64,000 nt of DNA from a virus (IMGVR_UViG_3300012974_000540:1-64000), one strand, 5' to 3'. Shown: positions 19,834 to 28,865, numbered from the stretch's first letter. Numbers and translations: made by a program. Notes: generated by a model from the sequence alone, not told the origin.

Positions 19834-20364
19834 TCAGTGGATGGCCGGAAAAAACGGGATGTCGTCGTCGAGGTCCGGCCCGCCGGCGCCATAGCGGCCC
19901 GTGCTGCCGCCGCCCTGGCGCCCGCCGTCGCGCGGCGCATCATCGCCCCGGCCGCCGCCCCGGCTGCCCCGGTCGTCGCCCCGGTCGCCACCCCGGTCGC
20001 CACCCCGGTCGTCGCCGCGGCTATCGAGCAGCGTCAGCTCGCCGCCGAAATTGCGGACCACGACCTCGGTGGAGTAGCGATCCTTGCCCTCCTGGTCCTG
20101 CCACTTCCGGGTTTCCAGCTTGCCCTCGATATAGACCTTGCTGCCCTTGCGGAGATACTTCTCGGCGATCTCGCCCACCTTCTCATTGAAGATGGCGACC
20201 GTGTGCCACTCGGTCCGCTCCTGGCGGTTGCCGTCGCGGTCCTTGTACGACTCGCTCGTGGCGAGCCGGAGGTTCACCACCCGGCCCCCGTTCTGGAAGT
20301 TGCGCACTTCGGGGTCTTTCCCCAGGTGCCCGATCAAGATCACCTTGTTGACGGAGCCTGCCAT
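19834..20364 (-). CDS. ssb: single-stranded DNA-binding protein
   Basis: [19 protein letters not shown]...DLDDDIPF. Confidence 0.97.
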   Translation of the reverse strand: MAGSVNKVILIGHLGKDPEVRNFQNGGRVVNLRLATSESYKDRDGNRQERTEWHTVAIFNEKVGEIAEKYLRKGSKVYIEGKLETRKWQDQEGKDRYSTEVVVRNFGGELTLLDSRGDDRGGDRGGDRGDDRGSRGGGRGDDAPRDGGRQGGGSTGRYGAGGPDLDDDIPFFPAIH

Positions 20365-20415
20365 TGCTCATCCTCTGCTGGGCGCGGGGCGACCGGCTGC
20401 GCAGGCCCCAAACGC

Positions 20416-20448
20416 AAAAACCCGCCCAGGCGTCGATGCCTGGGCGGG
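20416..20448 (-). terminator. intrinsic terminator after erf
   Basis: cccgcccaggc/gcctgggcggg hairpin followed by UUUUU on the minus strand. Confidence 0.7.
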
Positions 20449-20470
20449 GGAGTTGTGAAGCGGCCTGGAG

Positions 20471-21286
20471 TCAGCCGGCGGCCTGGGATTCGGCGGGCGC
20501 ATAGTCGAGGCCCTCCAGCGCCGGGGGTTCGCACTTCGCGCGCTCCCGCCACAGATCCACGAAGGTGTCGAGCGTCGCCCTCGGCATGGCCCGCAGCAGC
20601 TCGTGGGCGCCGGTCCAGATCTTGACCGCCTCGCCCCGGTCGCGCGCCTTGTCGAGCTGGCCGCGCAGCGCGGAGACCGCCGAGCGGAAGTCGGCGCTCG
20701 CGCCATCCTTGCCCTTGGGACTCTTCGGCTCCGCCTTCGGCTTTTCGCCCGGCATCGGCTTCGGGTCCTTGTAGCGGATCTGGTCGCGCGCGAAGGCCTT
20801 CTGCGAGCCGGCCGTCGCCGCCTCGGCGTCGTCGTCATCGTCGCCGACGATGCCCGCCAGCGAGCAAAGGCCGTAGCGCCGCAGGTAGGTGATCGCCGCG
20901 CCGATGGCCTGCGGCCCGGCGTCGCGCGCCGCGCAGCCGATCTTCGAGGAGAGCCACTCGCCCGAGCTGTGCGCCAGCACCGTGGTGACGATGATGCGGT
21001 TGCCCTCGACCTCGGGCGCCTGGATGATCGCGATGCCAGCCTTCGGCAGGCACTTCCGCAGCGCGGCGGTGATCGAGGCCAGGGTGGCGTAGCGGCTGCC
21101 ATCCGGATTCGAGCGGCTCTTGAAGGCGTCGTTCACGCCGTCCAGCGCGGCGGCCGGCATCTCGCCCTGCGCCGCCGCCAGGGCCGCGAAGACCTTCGCC
21201 GCCGAGGGGGACATGCGCAGGCCGCCGATGCGCAGGGTCTGCGCCGGAACCTCGGTGTTGATCTCGTTCTCCACCAGCATGTCCAT
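20471..21286 (-). CDS. erf: ERF family single-strand annealing recombinase
   Basis: YATL..I, HSSGEW, QAIGAAITYLRRYGL and GDDDDDA motifs. Confidence 0.9.
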   Translation of the reverse strand: MDMLVENEINTEVPAQTLRIGGLRMSPSAAKVFAALAAAQGEMPAAALDGVNDAFKSRSNPDGSRYATLASITAALRKCLPKAGIAIIQAPEVEGNRIIVTTVLAHSSGEWLSSKIGCAARDAGPQAIGAAITYLRRYGLCSLAGIVGDDDDDAEAATAGSQKAFARDQIRYKDPKPMPGEKPKAEPKSPKGKDGASADFRSAVSALRGQLDKARDRGEAVKIWTGAHELLRAMPRATLDTFVDLWRERAKCEPPALEGLDYAPAESQAAG

Positions 21287-21288
21287 GT

Positions 21289-22179
21289 TCAGGCCTCCGC
21301 CTTCTGCTGCTTCGTCTGGCGCACCGTCCGGCCTCGCCCGTCGCGGACCACCTCGATGCCATGCGCGAAGATCCGCGAGGCGTTCGGCGGCATCATGTTC
21401 TTCAGGTCATCCGCCGCCGCCTTGAAGTCCTCCGCAGCGGCGTAGTTGTCGCGCCAGCAGGCGGCCGCCTCGGCGAAGCTGTTGCTCTCCGCCATGTCGA
21501 TCTCGATCATCTCGCTCTTCGGGATCGGCGGCGGCTCGGGCGGCTGCACCAGCGGATCGCGGCCCGCCTTCACGGCTTCCCAGAAGGCGTGCTCGGCCTC
21601 CACCAGCTCACCGGCATAGATCGGGTCCAGCTCGACCACGAAGCGGGCATAGCCGTCCTTGCCGATGCCGTTGCCGAAGATGACGCTGAGCGCGCTCACC
21701 TTGGCGCCGGTCACCAGCATTTCGTGGTGCATCTGCGCCGTGTAATGCGCGAGCAGGTTTTCGCGCTTCCAGAAGGTGTTGACGTGCTTGGCGTTGATCG
21801 GCCCGCCCAGCTCATCGTCCCAGCCGTCCAGCGTGCAGGCCATGAAAGAGTAGCGCGCGGACTTGGCCCAGCGGCCCCGGCTATGCGGGCGGGTGCCCCA
21901 CTTCTTCTCGTACCAGGCGAGGTTGAACGCCTCGGTCCACTGGCCGAGCTGCACCGGCAGTTCGTCGTCGAGGTTGTCGCCCTCGGCCAGCCCGCGCTTG
22001 ACCAGGGCCAGCTTGTTCACCTCGGCCACGTCGCCCTTGGCGATGATGGTGGCGTCGGAGCCGCCGATATAGCCGCGGCGCTTCTCCTTATGCTCCTCGG
22101 TCAGCCCGAGGAGGCTCAGGTCGGCGATCATGTCATGCCGGAAGCCAAAGGCTTCTGGGCCAGAATTGCCCCAATTCAT
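21289..22179 (-). CDS. YqaJ-like viral recombinase exonuclease
   Basis: RRGYIGGSDA, G...E, MACTLDG and Y.AQMHHEM motifs; adjacent to erf. Confidence 0.88.
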   Translation of the reverse strand: MNWGNSGPEAFGFRHDMIADLSLLGLTEEHKEKRRGYIGGSDATIIAKGDVAEVNKLALVKRGLAEGDNLDDELPVQLGQWTEAFNLAWYEKKWGTRPHSRGRWAKSARYSFMACTLDGWDDELGGPINAKHVNTFWKRENLLAHYTAQMHHEMLVTGAKVSALSVIFGNGIGKDGYARFVVELDPIYAGELVEAEHAFWEAVKAGRDPLVQPPEPPPIPKSEMIEIDMAESNSFAEAAACWRDNYAAAEDFKAAADDLKNMMPPNASRIFAHGIEVVRDGRGRTVRQTKQQKAEA

Positions 22180-22213
22180 CGTGCTAAGTTCCTCTCACAT
22201 CGACATTTCACCT

Positions 22214-22229
22214 TTACATCGCGATGTGA
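22214..22229. promoter_or_regulatory. operator TTACATCGCGATGTGA upstream of the recombination operon
   Basis: 15/16 match to the palindrome; extra half-site at 22195. Confidence 0.7.
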
Positions 22230-22284
22230 AGGGCCGGCAAGACGGAAAAGCCCGACCTCGCCATCACAGCAAGGTCGGGCCCTC

Positions 22285-22422
22285 TCACATGATCAGGAGA
22301 AAGAGCGGCACCGCCACCGCGATGCCGATCCAGAACAGAGCTTCTCCGAGCGTGGAGCGCACCTCGCTCCAGGCCGGGCGGCCGGCATCACCCGGTCGCG
22401 GCTCCCTGGCATTGCCTGCCAT
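22285..22422 (-). CDS. 45-aa membrane peptide (below the ORF-track cut-off)
   Basis: GAGGAG RBS from hammerhead 1; MAGNAREP...ALFWIGIAVAVPLFLLIM. Confidence 0.55.
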   Translation of the reverse strand: MAGNAREPRPGDAGRPAWSEVRSTLGEALFWIGIAVAVPLFLLIM

Positions 22423-22430
22423 CGTCAACT

Positions 22431-22480
22431 CTCCTCATCAGGCCGGCATTGTGCCAGCGACCCCCTGAGAGGGGGTTTCG
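22431..22480 (-). ncRNA. type II hammerhead ribozyme 1 (canonical core)
   Basis: C GAAA CCCCC-UCUCA-GGGGG UC / GCUGGC-ACAAU-GCCGGC CUGAUGA G. Confidence 0.85.
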
Positions 22481-22482
22481 GT

Positions 22483-22662
22483 TTACGGTGCCTCGGGGTC
22501 CTCGCCGTCATGCAGCGCGGCCACGTCACCGTAATCCTCGCCTGTCTCCTCGGCGATCCTCGCCAGGAGCATCTCGGTCGAAATCTCCGGGTCCGCCGTT
22601 GTCAGGCGGTCCCAGGCCGCGCGCACGGCGGCGATGCGTGCCTCCAGGCGGGGACGGCTCAT
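22483..22662 (-). CDS. hypothetical protein
   Basis: TGATG overlap with the upstream gene. Confidence 0.55.
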   Translation of the reverse strand: MSRPRLEARIAAVRAAWDRLTTADPEISTEMLLARIAEETGEDYGDVAALHDGEDPEAP

Positions 22663-23438
22663 CAGCCGTACGCCAGGCGTTGCAGCAGCTCGGCCGCCAG
22701 TCGTGGGTCCGTCTCGCATAGATCCTCCAGATCCGAGAGCGACATGCGGCGCAGTTCCGCCATGGCATCATCCACCCGCATGTCGAGCAGGGGTTCGAGG
22801 TCGGGCGCCAGGGCGCCGTCCAGCATGCCGTTGTGGCGGCCGGAGCCGCCCCAGGGCACGCCTTCCTCGTATTCCTCCTCATCCGACAGCCAGCTCAGGC
22901 CGCGCCGCCAGTTGAGGTTGCTGTAGCTGCACCCCTCCCAGTCCTGGAAGTGCCCGGTGCGGCGGAACTCGCCCCGGCCGTCGAGGAACAGGAGGCGGCT
23001 CCCGTAGGTGTCGTGCTCGATGAACCGCCAGAACGATTCCTGGTCCCAGAGGCCGGGATCGGATCGCAGCATCGGCCGCAGCGCCTTGCTGATCCAGGTC
23101 CAGGTGTCGGACTTGGTTTTGTCCGGCGTCGCGATGGGCAGGACGCCGTTGTGCATCAGCCAGGCCGTCGAGCCGTGCAGGTCGAGGATGGGGTAGGGAT
23201 GGGCCATGGCGTTGTTCACGTCGCCATGCGTGCGCCAGCGGAAATGGATGCCCAGCTCGCAATCCCGCACGCGGTCATAGGCCCGTTGGAATTCGGCCAT
23301 ATGGCGGGACTTCACGGCGCGGGTCCGGCCGCCGTCGTGATACATGAGGCCCCAGCCGTCGGGGTTGTCGTCGGCGCAGGCCTCCAGGGTCTCCGCCGGG
23401 ATCTCGACCCCGGCGGGTTTATGAATGATGACGCACAT
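22662..23438 (-). CDS. class II (Ntn) glutamine amidotransferase-like protein
   Basis: N-terminal MC; NPDGWG, HFRWRTHG, HPY, MHNG and SDT motifs. Confidence 0.85.
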   Translation of the reverse strand: MCVIIHKPAGVEIPAETLEACADDNPDGWGLMYHDGGRTRAVKSRHMAEFQRAYDRVRDCELGIHFRWRTHGDVNNAMAHPYPILDLHGSTAWLMHNGVLPIATPDKTKSDTWTWISKALRPMLRSDPGLWDQESFWRFIEHDTYGSRLLFLDGRGEFRRTGHFQDWEGCSYSNLNWRRGLSWLSDEEEYEEGVPWGGSGRHNGMLDGALAPDLEPLLDMRVDDAMAELRRMSLSDLEDLCETDPRLAAELLQRLAYG

Positions 23439-23445
23439 GGTGCGG

Positions 23446-23500
23446 TGATCCTTTTCAAGCCCGCTGATGTGCGGGCGACCCCCGAAGGGGTTTCGGATCA
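23446..23500 (-). ncRNA. type II hammerhead ribozyme 2 (compensatory U3-A8 core, 6-bp stem II)
   Basis: UGAUCC GAAA CCCC-UUCG-GGGG UC / GCCCGC-ACAUCA-GCGGGC UUGAAAA GGAUCA. Confidence 0.9.
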
Positions 23501-24748
23501 GCGTTCCTCCGCCAGCACCGGAGGCGTCTTCCGCAGCGTGATGTAGCCGTTTGCCTGCATCCAGGCCGCGAGGTCCGGGTGATCCTTGCGGTTCTCCGGC
23601 TGGCCGAACCAGGCGCAGAAATCCTCGGCCCGGAGCGCCGCGGCGCTGGTCCATTGGCAGAAACGGCAGATCGCGTGCGCGAACTCCAGCGCCCGGAAGA
23701 AGCCGGGCCTGCTGACATTCGAGCGGAAGATGCGGATCTCGATGGTGCGGTATTGAACGCTGGGGCCGGCGGCGTCGTAATGCCCCCGGCCCATCTTGCG
23801 GATCTGGGTGGGCGTGGTGTCCCCCCAGAACTGGACGTAGCTGTTTCCGTTGCGTCCGGCGATGTGGGTCACGAAGGGGCGGTTGTCCTCGCTGTGCAGG
23901 AAGCACATGAGCTTGCCCGCGGCGAGGTCACCCAAAGCACGCCGATCGACATGGACGTGCAGGCCGAAGTCGCCCGGCGCGGTCCAGCCGCGCAGCTGCG
24001 ATGCGTCGTGGGTGAAGAAGGTGTCCCACAACTCGCGATGCGCCGCGAGGGTGGCGGGCACGGTCGCGATCTCGAAGCCGCCATGCTCGCTGACGGAGCC
24101 GTCGTGCTTCAGGATCGCGAAGTCGTCCACCGAATCCCTCACCTCATCCACGATCCTGGAGCGATCCACGCCCCGGCGCGGCATCACCTCCAGCTCCACC
24201 CCGAGCCAGAGCGTCGGGAGGGCGCTGGGAGGCTCCTTGTCGGCGCGCAGGAAGCCGGAGTGGGTCGCCAGGGGATCTGCCGTGTTGGCCATCAGGCCCG
24301 GATGCTCGTCCTCATCCTCCGGCTCCTCCGGCGGCTCGTGCTGGTCGTGGCAGGCCTCGCAGAGCCAGCCGTAGCTGGGGTGCCGCTCGGCATAGAGCAT
24401 GTCGCGCTGGAGGCACCGGTCGTCGCAGTGGTCGCAGCGCCGGATGTCGTCCTCGGAGCGGGCGGAGACCCAGCCATCGGGATCATCGATCTCCAGGCCG
24501 GTCGCGCTCGTGGTGAGGTGGCGGGAGTTGGCTTCGCAGTTGTGGATCGTGGTGTCGAGGAACTGCTCCAGCCATTCGCGCGCCACCGGGCGGGGGGCTA
24601 CGACGGCTCGGCAGCGGGCGGCGTGCTGGCACAAATCTTTATAGATCTGCAGCAGCAGCTCGTCGGCCTCGTCGTCGTGGATGGTGCTTTCACCGTAATG
24701 GTGATGATGAATCCACAGCGTCCGGAAGTCGGACAGTCTGGTGGTCAT
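23498..24748 (-). CDS. putative amidoligase (COOH-NH2 ligase family)
   Basis: GVELEV, KHDGSV, FEIAT, GLHVHV and TIEIRIF motifs; adjacent to the GATase. Confidence 0.75.
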   Translation of the reverse strand: MTTRLSDFRTLWIHHHHYGESTIHDDEADELLLQIYKDLCQHAARCRAVVAPRPVAREWLEQFLDTTIHNCEANSRHLTTSATGLEIDDPDGWVSARSEDDIRRCDHCDDRCLQRDMLYAERHPSYGWLCEACHDQHEPPEEPEDEDEHPGLMANTADPLATHSGFLRADKEPPSALPTLWLGVELEVMPRRGVDRSRIVDEVRDSVDDFAILKHDGSVSEHGGFEIATVPATLAAHRELWDTFFTHDASQLRGWTAPGDFGLHVHVDRRALGDLAAGKLMCFLHSEDNRPFVTHIAGRNGNSYVQFWGDTTPTQIRKMGRGHYDAAGPSVQYRTIEIRIFRSNVSRPGFFRALEFAHAICRFCQWTSAAALRAEDFCAWFGQPENRKDHPDLAAWMQANGYITLRKTPPVLAEER

Positions 24749-24756
24749 GATGATCG

Positions 24757-24816
24757 GTCTCTCTCATCAAGCCGGCGAAGGTGCCGACGACCGCCTCGGG
24801 GGCGGTTTCGAGAGAC
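24757..24816 (-). ncRNA. type II hammerhead ribozyme 3 (7-bp stem II)
   Basis: GUCUCUC GAAA CCGCC..GGCGG UC / GUCGGC-ACCUUC-GCCGGC UUGAUGA GAGAGAC. Confidence 0.88.
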
Positions 24817-24826
24817 GGGAGGGCGA

Positions 24827-25294
24827 TCAGCCCCAGCTCGCCGCTTCGTACTCAGGCAGGCCGCTCACGATGATCTCCCGGACCTGGTCGCAGGTGCCGC
24901 GCAGATCCCGATAGATCGCCGTGTCCGAGAACTGGTCGCCCTCGTTGCATTGGTAGAGGAAGCAGTCCAGGGCCTTCAGCCCGTCGCAAAGGGCACCCCT
25001 GTGCTCCGTTGTGTCGTAGCGCAGAAAGAGCCGGTCGCGTGGCGCCCGGTAGGCGTCGTGGAGGGCGGCCAGGGCCGCGTCGGCCTCCGGCTCCTGGTGG
25101 TGCGGATAGCGGTAGGCCACCGCCGCCCGGTTCAGTTGGAACATGGCGCGGGGCAGGCCGTCCAGGTCGTCCATCTGCGCGCTGCTCAGCACATAGGTGT
25201 CGATCTGGCGGGCGACCTGCCCGAGCCATGTTTGCGCAGTCAGCAGGGTCATGATCCGGTCCATGACGTCGTTCTCGATCACGAAAGCGGACAT
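24827..25294 (-). CDS. hypothetical phage protein
   Basis: MSAF..; LN..AVAYRY; KALDCFLYQCNEG. Confidence 0.7.
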   Translation of the reverse strand: MSAFVIENDVMDRIMTLLTAQTWLGQVARQIDTYVLSSAQMDDLDGLPRAMFQLNRAAVAYRYPHHQEPEADAALAALHDAYRAPRDRLFLRYDTTEHRGALCDGLKALDCFLYQCNEGDQFSDTAIYRDLRGTCDQVREIIVSGLPEYEAASWG

Positions 25295-25338
25295 CAGGCG
25301 CGGCTCTCCTGCTGCTGGTGTGGGCTCATGGTGGGGAT

Positions 25339-25390
25339 GTCTCCTCATGCCCGCTGATGTGCGGGCGACCGCCATGCGAGGGCGGTTTCG
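25339..25390 (-). ncRNA. hammerhead-like 4 (AUGAGGA core)
   Basis: CGAAAC-stem III-GUC-GCCCGC ACAUCA GCGGGC-AUGAGGA-G. Confidence 0.75.
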
Positions 25391-25393
25391 GGC

Positions 25394-25756
25394 TTAGTGC
25401 TCGTCCGGCAGGTAGAGGGTCCAGTTCGCCAGCCAGAGAGTCACCTCCCGCATCGGGAAGGTGGTGAAGGGGATCTTCTGGCTGGTGACGCGGTTCTCGT
25501 TTCCGTCCGTGCAGATCAGCTCGGCCTTGCTGGTGGCGAGGTCCACCTTCAGCGTCCAGACCTGGAACTCCTCGGCTTTGACCTTGGGGTCGGTCTGGTG
25601 CGAGCCGATGGCGTCGAGAAGCCAGTACGCCTCGGCATTGTCGGCGAGGTACTTCACCCCGGGGGTGAAGACGAAGCGCCGCATCCAGTGATGGTAGCGC
25701 TCCAGGTCGCCGCAAAAGTAGGACAGTCCGGACGTCAGTTCGCCTTCGCTGAGCAT
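25394..25756 (-). CDS. DUF6876-like protein
   Basis: FTPGVKYLADNAEAYWLLDAIGS, FQVWTLKV, DGN and LYLPDEH motifs. Confidence 0.75.
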   Translation of the reverse strand: MLSEGELTSGLSYFCGDLERYHHWMRRFVFTPGVKYLADNAEAYWLLDAIGSHQTDPKVKAEEFQVWTLKVDLATSKAELICTDGNENRVTSQKIPFTTFPMREVTLWLANWTLYLPDEH

Positions 25757-25761
25757 GGTTT

Positions 25762-25816
25762 GTCTCCTCATCAAGCCCGCTGATGTGCGGGCGACCCCCG
25801 AGGAGAGGGGGTTTCG
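25762..25816 (-). ncRNA. hammerhead-like 5 (UUGAUGA core; anti-SD in loop III)
   Basis: GAAA CCCCC-UCUCCUC-GGGGG UC GCCCGC ACAUCA GCGGGC UUGAUGA GGAGA. Confidence 0.8.
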
Positions 25817-26074
25817 CTAGTGGTCCGGCGGGATGACCGGCGCGCGCGGCAGGGTCTCCAGGGTTCCCACGCAGGCGAAGGCGACCAGGCGCACGGTGTA
25901 GCCCTGGCCGGCCACCTTCATGGCGTGCGGCCGCAGGCTCTCGATGCGGTCCCTGTCGGCGCCGATCATGGGCATCTCGCCGAGCGGCGTGCTGAGGGCG
26001 GGGATGCCCTCGCCGCCCCGGCTGTCGGTGGCGATCCAGGCGTAGAGGGCGTCGATTTTAAGCGGCGGGCTCAT
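25817..26074 (-). CDS. hypothetical protein
   Basis: Array gene; ends at the ribozyme boundary. Confidence 0.6.
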   Translation of the reverse strand: MSPPLKIDALYAWIATDSRGGEGIPALSTPLGEMPMIGADRDRIESLRPHAMKVAGQGYTVRLVAFACVGTLETLPRAPVIPPDH

Positions 26075-26307
26075 GCCTCGTCCGCCTCGTCCTCGTCCGC
26101 CTCATCCTCCTCGATCACGACCTGGCCGACGCGGTTGCCGTTGATGTCGCGCACCGCGAAGCGGGTCGGGCCGTTCGGGCGCCCGCTCTCGCGAAAGCGC
26201 TCGGCGGCCTCCTCCAGGATGCGCGCCACCTCCTCGCCGTAGCCACCGCCGCTTTCCTCGTGGAAGGCGGCGTTGCCGGTGTCGATCTCAATGGTGATCT
26301 TGCTCAA
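26071..26307 (-). CDS. hypothetical phage protein
   Basis: I.IDTGNAAF...EVARIL...RDINGNRVG; TTG start after the ribozyme SD. Confidence 0.7.
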   Translation of the reverse strand: MSKITIEIDTGNAAFHEESGGGYGEEVARILEEAAERFRESGRPNGPTRFAVRDINGNRVGQVVIEEDEADEDEADEA

Positions 26308-26313
26308 GTGTTT

Positions 26314-26364
26314 GTCTCCTCATGCCCGCGACGCGCGGGCGACCGCCACGGGAGGGCGGTTTCG
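26314..26364 (-). ncRNA. hammerhead-like 6 (AUGAGGA)
   Basis: Same architecture as the other copies. Confidence 0.75.
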
Positions 26365-26403
26365 GGTGGGATGGGAGGCCTGCGCCCCCCATCCCGTCTG
26401 CGG

Positions 26404-26661
26404 TTACCGGTCCTGGTGCCAGGACTGGCCCTGGCGCTCGTCGAGCCATCGGCTCACTCGGGCTTCCAGTTCGTCGGTCTGCGCGCGGGTGAGCGTGCCG
26501 TGCTTCTCTTGGACGGCATCGTCGTCGAGATAGTAGAGCTCGATCGCCGCATGAGCAGTCCAGCCCTCGCTGTAGGGCACCCGGTTGACCCGGCTGTTAT
26601 CGACCAGTCCTTCCACGACCTCGGCGAAGATGGCGTCGAGATCGGCGGGTTCATCAGGCAT
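26404..26661 (-). CDS. hypothetical protein
   Basis: AGGGAG RBS then MPDEP. Confidence 0.5.
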   Translation of the reverse strand: MPDEPADLDAIFAEVVEGLVDNSRVNRVPYSEGWTAHAAIELYYLDDDAVQEKHGTLTRAQTDELEARVSRWLDERQGQSWHQDR

Positions 26662-26927
26662 GAGCTTCTCCCTTGTCCGGCGGAAGGCCGGCGCCGCCTG
26701 CGCGGCGGGGAATGGGGGTTGCCGCTCGCTGCTGCGAAGTCGCCCAGGAACACGGTATGCCCACTCCGGCTCCGGCGAACCAGAGGGAGATAGCGGGTCG
26801 GATAGGCCCAGGTGCTGTAGTCCAGGCGCGACTGCGCGAAGGCCGCGGCGACGGCTTCCTCCGGGGTGATGCCCAGGAAGACCAGCTCGCCACCACCCGC
26901 CAGGTCGTGGACAGTCACAGGGGTCAT
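26454..26927 (-). CDS. hypothetical protein (3' part overlaps the next ORF)
   Basis: Start directly after the ribozyme SD. Confidence 0.5.
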   Translation of the reverse strand: MTPVTVHDLAGGGELVFLGITPEEAVAAAFAQSRLDYSTWAYPTRYLPLVRRSRSGHTVFLGDFAAASGNPHSPPRRRRRPSAGQGRSSCLMNPPISTPSSPRSWKDWSITAGSTGCPTARAGLLMRRSSSTISTTMPSKRSTARSPARRPTNWKPE

Positions 26928-26930
26928 GGT

Positions 26931-26973
26931 GTCTCCTCATGCCCCGGATGGGGCGACCCCCGAGGGGGTTTCG
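26931..26973 (-). ncRNA. hammerhead-like 7 (AUGAGGA, short stem I)
   Basis: GAAACCCCC..GGGGGUC GCCCC AUCC GGGGC AUGAGGA G. Confidence 0.72.
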
Positions 26974-26992
26974 GTTTTCGCCGGCGAAAGGT

Positions 26993-27349
26993 CTAGAGCG
27001 AGATGATGGCCCCGCGGGAGATGATGAACGTCTCCCATCGGAGCTTCTGCAAGGCCCGGAACCTCTCGTCGCGGCGCGCCTCGAAATGGGCGAAGCTGCG
27101 CTTGTCGTCCGCCTGCCGGATGCTGGTGGTGATCACCGGATGGCTCTCGCCCGCCAGCTCGCCGGTCATCCAGCGGCTGTTGCCGTGGCAGTCCAGGCGG
27201 CGATCCAGCTCATAGCCGAGATCCGCCAGGCGCTGCTTGGCTTCGGCCAGCCGCAGGGGCGTCATGCCCCTGCGGACCATGTACTCGGCCGAGCGGCGGG
27301 CGCGGTCGTCGCGCAGGGACGCCAGGAGGCGTTCGGTCTGGGTCGGCAT
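26993..27349 (-). CDS. hypothetical protein
   Basis: Array gene. Confidence 0.6.
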   Translation of the reverse strand: MPTQTERLLASLRDDRARRSAEYMVRRGMTPLRLAEAKQRLADLGYELDRRLDCHGNSRWMTGELAGESHPVITTSIRQADDKRSFAHFEARRDERFRALQKLRWETFIISRGAIISL

Positions 27350-27356
27350 GGCGGCC

Positions 27357-27644
27357 TCAGAAGTAGGGCGTGAGTTCGCGGCCCCAGGCGCGGACCAGGC
27401 GGCTGATGATGATCTCGCGCACCTCGGTGTCCCAGATCTCGCCGTGAGCGGGCTCGACGGCGTTCATCTTGGCGGTGAGGCGGTCGTAGATCACCTGGTC
27501 GCTGTCCTTCGCCTTGGTCTCCTCCTTCATCTCGGCGATGATCCGCGCCGCGGCGCGGTTGCCATCGTCGCTGAACATCCCGCAGTGATCGGGATGGTTG
27601 AAGCCGATCTCGCGTGCTTCGTCGGCGTCGTCCATATCGGACAT
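27357..27644 (-). CDS. hypothetical protein
   Basis: GMFSDDGN.A..., HGEIWDTEVRE. Confidence 0.65.
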   Translation of the reverse strand: MSDMDDADEAREIGFNHPDHCGMFSDDGNRAAARIIAEMKEETKAKDSDQVIYDRLTAKMNAVEPAHGEIWDTEVREIIISRLVRAWGRELTPYF

Positions 27645-27650
27645 GGTGTC

Positions 27651-27695
27651 CTCCTCATGCCCGCGAAGGTGCGGGCGACCCCCGGAGGGGTTTCG
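27651..27695 (-). ncRNA. hammerhead-like 8 (AUGAGGA)
   Basis: Same architecture. Confidence 0.75.
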
Positions 27696-27696
27696 A

Positions 27697-28071
27697 TCAG
27701 TGCGTGGCCGTGATCGTCAGCAGGCCGGGCGCGAAGGTGACCGTGACCATCCGTTTGTCCGGGAAGGCCAGCTCCACGTCGCGTCCGAGCAGGTCGATCA
27801 CCGGCTTGCCGTCCACCCTCCCGGTGACCTTCCGCATCCGGATGGTGCTGCCGGGCGGGCCCGCGAAGGGTTCCCGCTCGTGCAGCTCCTCCGGCGTGGG
27901 GATGGCGCAGACGATCCGGCCGGGCCGGTCCTCCTGCGGTGGGTGGACGATGCAGCGGTAGATCGTCCCGCCCCCGAACCCGGCGGCCAGCAGGCGCCGG
28001 CCGTCGAGCCAGATGCGGGGGCGGTTCTTGTTCCGGCCGATGCTGAAGTCGGCCTGGACGGTGGCGAGCAT
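27697..28071 (-). CDS. hypothetical protein
   Basis: IGRNKNRPRIWLDG..L..AGF; KPVIDL. Confidence 0.65.
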   Translation of the reverse strand: MLATVQADFSIGRNKNRPRIWLDGRRLLAAGFGGGTIYRCIVHPPQEDRPGRIVCAIPTPEELHEREPFAGPPGSTIRMRKVTGRVDGKPVIDLLGRDVELAFPDKRMVTVTFAPGLLTITATH

Positions 28072-28364
28072 CAGCCGCCGTCCAGCGCCTTGGCGGTCGC
28101 CAGGAGCAGCTCATGCGCCTCGCGGCACTGGTCCGCCGCGAAGCGTGGGTCCGTGACGCCCTGCTGGGCGTGCAGGCGGGCCAGCCGCAGGGTCTCCGCG
28201 ACCTGGGCCAGGAAGGCGTCCAGGTCGTTCAGGAGTTGCAGCACGTCTTCCAGGTCGTCGGGACTGGCGATGCCGGCCTCGATCAACTGGATATGCGCGG
28301 CCATGTTCTGCACGCGATCCAGCAGGGAATCCCCTGCCGGAGCGGCGGTTTGCTGTTGCTCCAT
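28071..28364 (-). CDS. hypothetical protein
   Basis: Start after the ribozyme SD; TGATG overlap. Confidence 0.6.
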   Translation of the reverse strand: MEQQQTAAPAGDSLLDRVQNMAAHIQLIEAGIASPDDLEDVLQLLNDLDAFLAQVAETLRLARLHAQQGVTDPRFAADQCREAHELLLATAKALDGG

Positions 28365-28372
28365 GTAGAGCG

Positions 28373-28419
28373 GTCTCCTCATGCCCGCGGGATGCGGGCG
28401 ACCGCTCAGGGCGGTTTCG
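28373..28419 (-). ncRNA. hammerhead-like 9 (AUGAGGA)
   Basis: Same architecture. Confidence 0.75.
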
Positions 28420-28432
28420 ATGGTCCTGGGAG

Positions 28433-28726
28433 TTACTCCTCCATCTGCTCCAGATGCTCCTCGATGGCCTGGCGGGCGTATTTGGCGGCATCGAAGACGG
28501 TCATGGACCGCCACCAGTCCTCCCTGTCGGGGGCGGTCTCTTCCTCCACGATGACCTCTTTGAGTTGGTCATCCCGCCAGAACCAGGCGTAGCTTCCGAT
28601 CCCCGACAGGGAGCGGGGCCGGAAGAACCAGGGAGCATCCTCGTCAGCACCCCTGATCGGCCAGCCCGTGACTTCGTAGCAGTCCAGTTGAGCGGTCACC
28701 GGCAGCTTGGCTTTCGCGATAGGCAT
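28433..28726 (-). CDS. hypothetical protein
   Basis: GGAG RBS then MPIAKAK. Confidence 0.6.
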   Translation of the reverse strand: MPIAKAKLPVTAQLDCYEVTGWPIRGADEDAPWFFRPRSLSGIGSYAWFWRDDQLKEVIVEEETAPDREDWWRSMTVFDAAKYARQAIEEHLEQMEE

Positions 28727-28817
28727 CAGGTTATCTCCGTCCGCCGCACTATGCGGCACCCCTTGTAGGGAAGTGTGACAGTCAGTCTGGACGGCGATCA
28801 GGGGGGTGATATGGGGG

Positions 28818-28865
28818 GTCTCGTCAGGCCCGCGCAACTGCGGGCGACCGCTCAGGGCGGTTTCG
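28818..28865 (-). ncRNA. type II hammerhead 10 (canonical CUGACGA)
   Basis: GAAACCGC..GCGGUC GCCCGC AGUUGC GCGGGC CUGACGA G. Confidence 0.82.
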
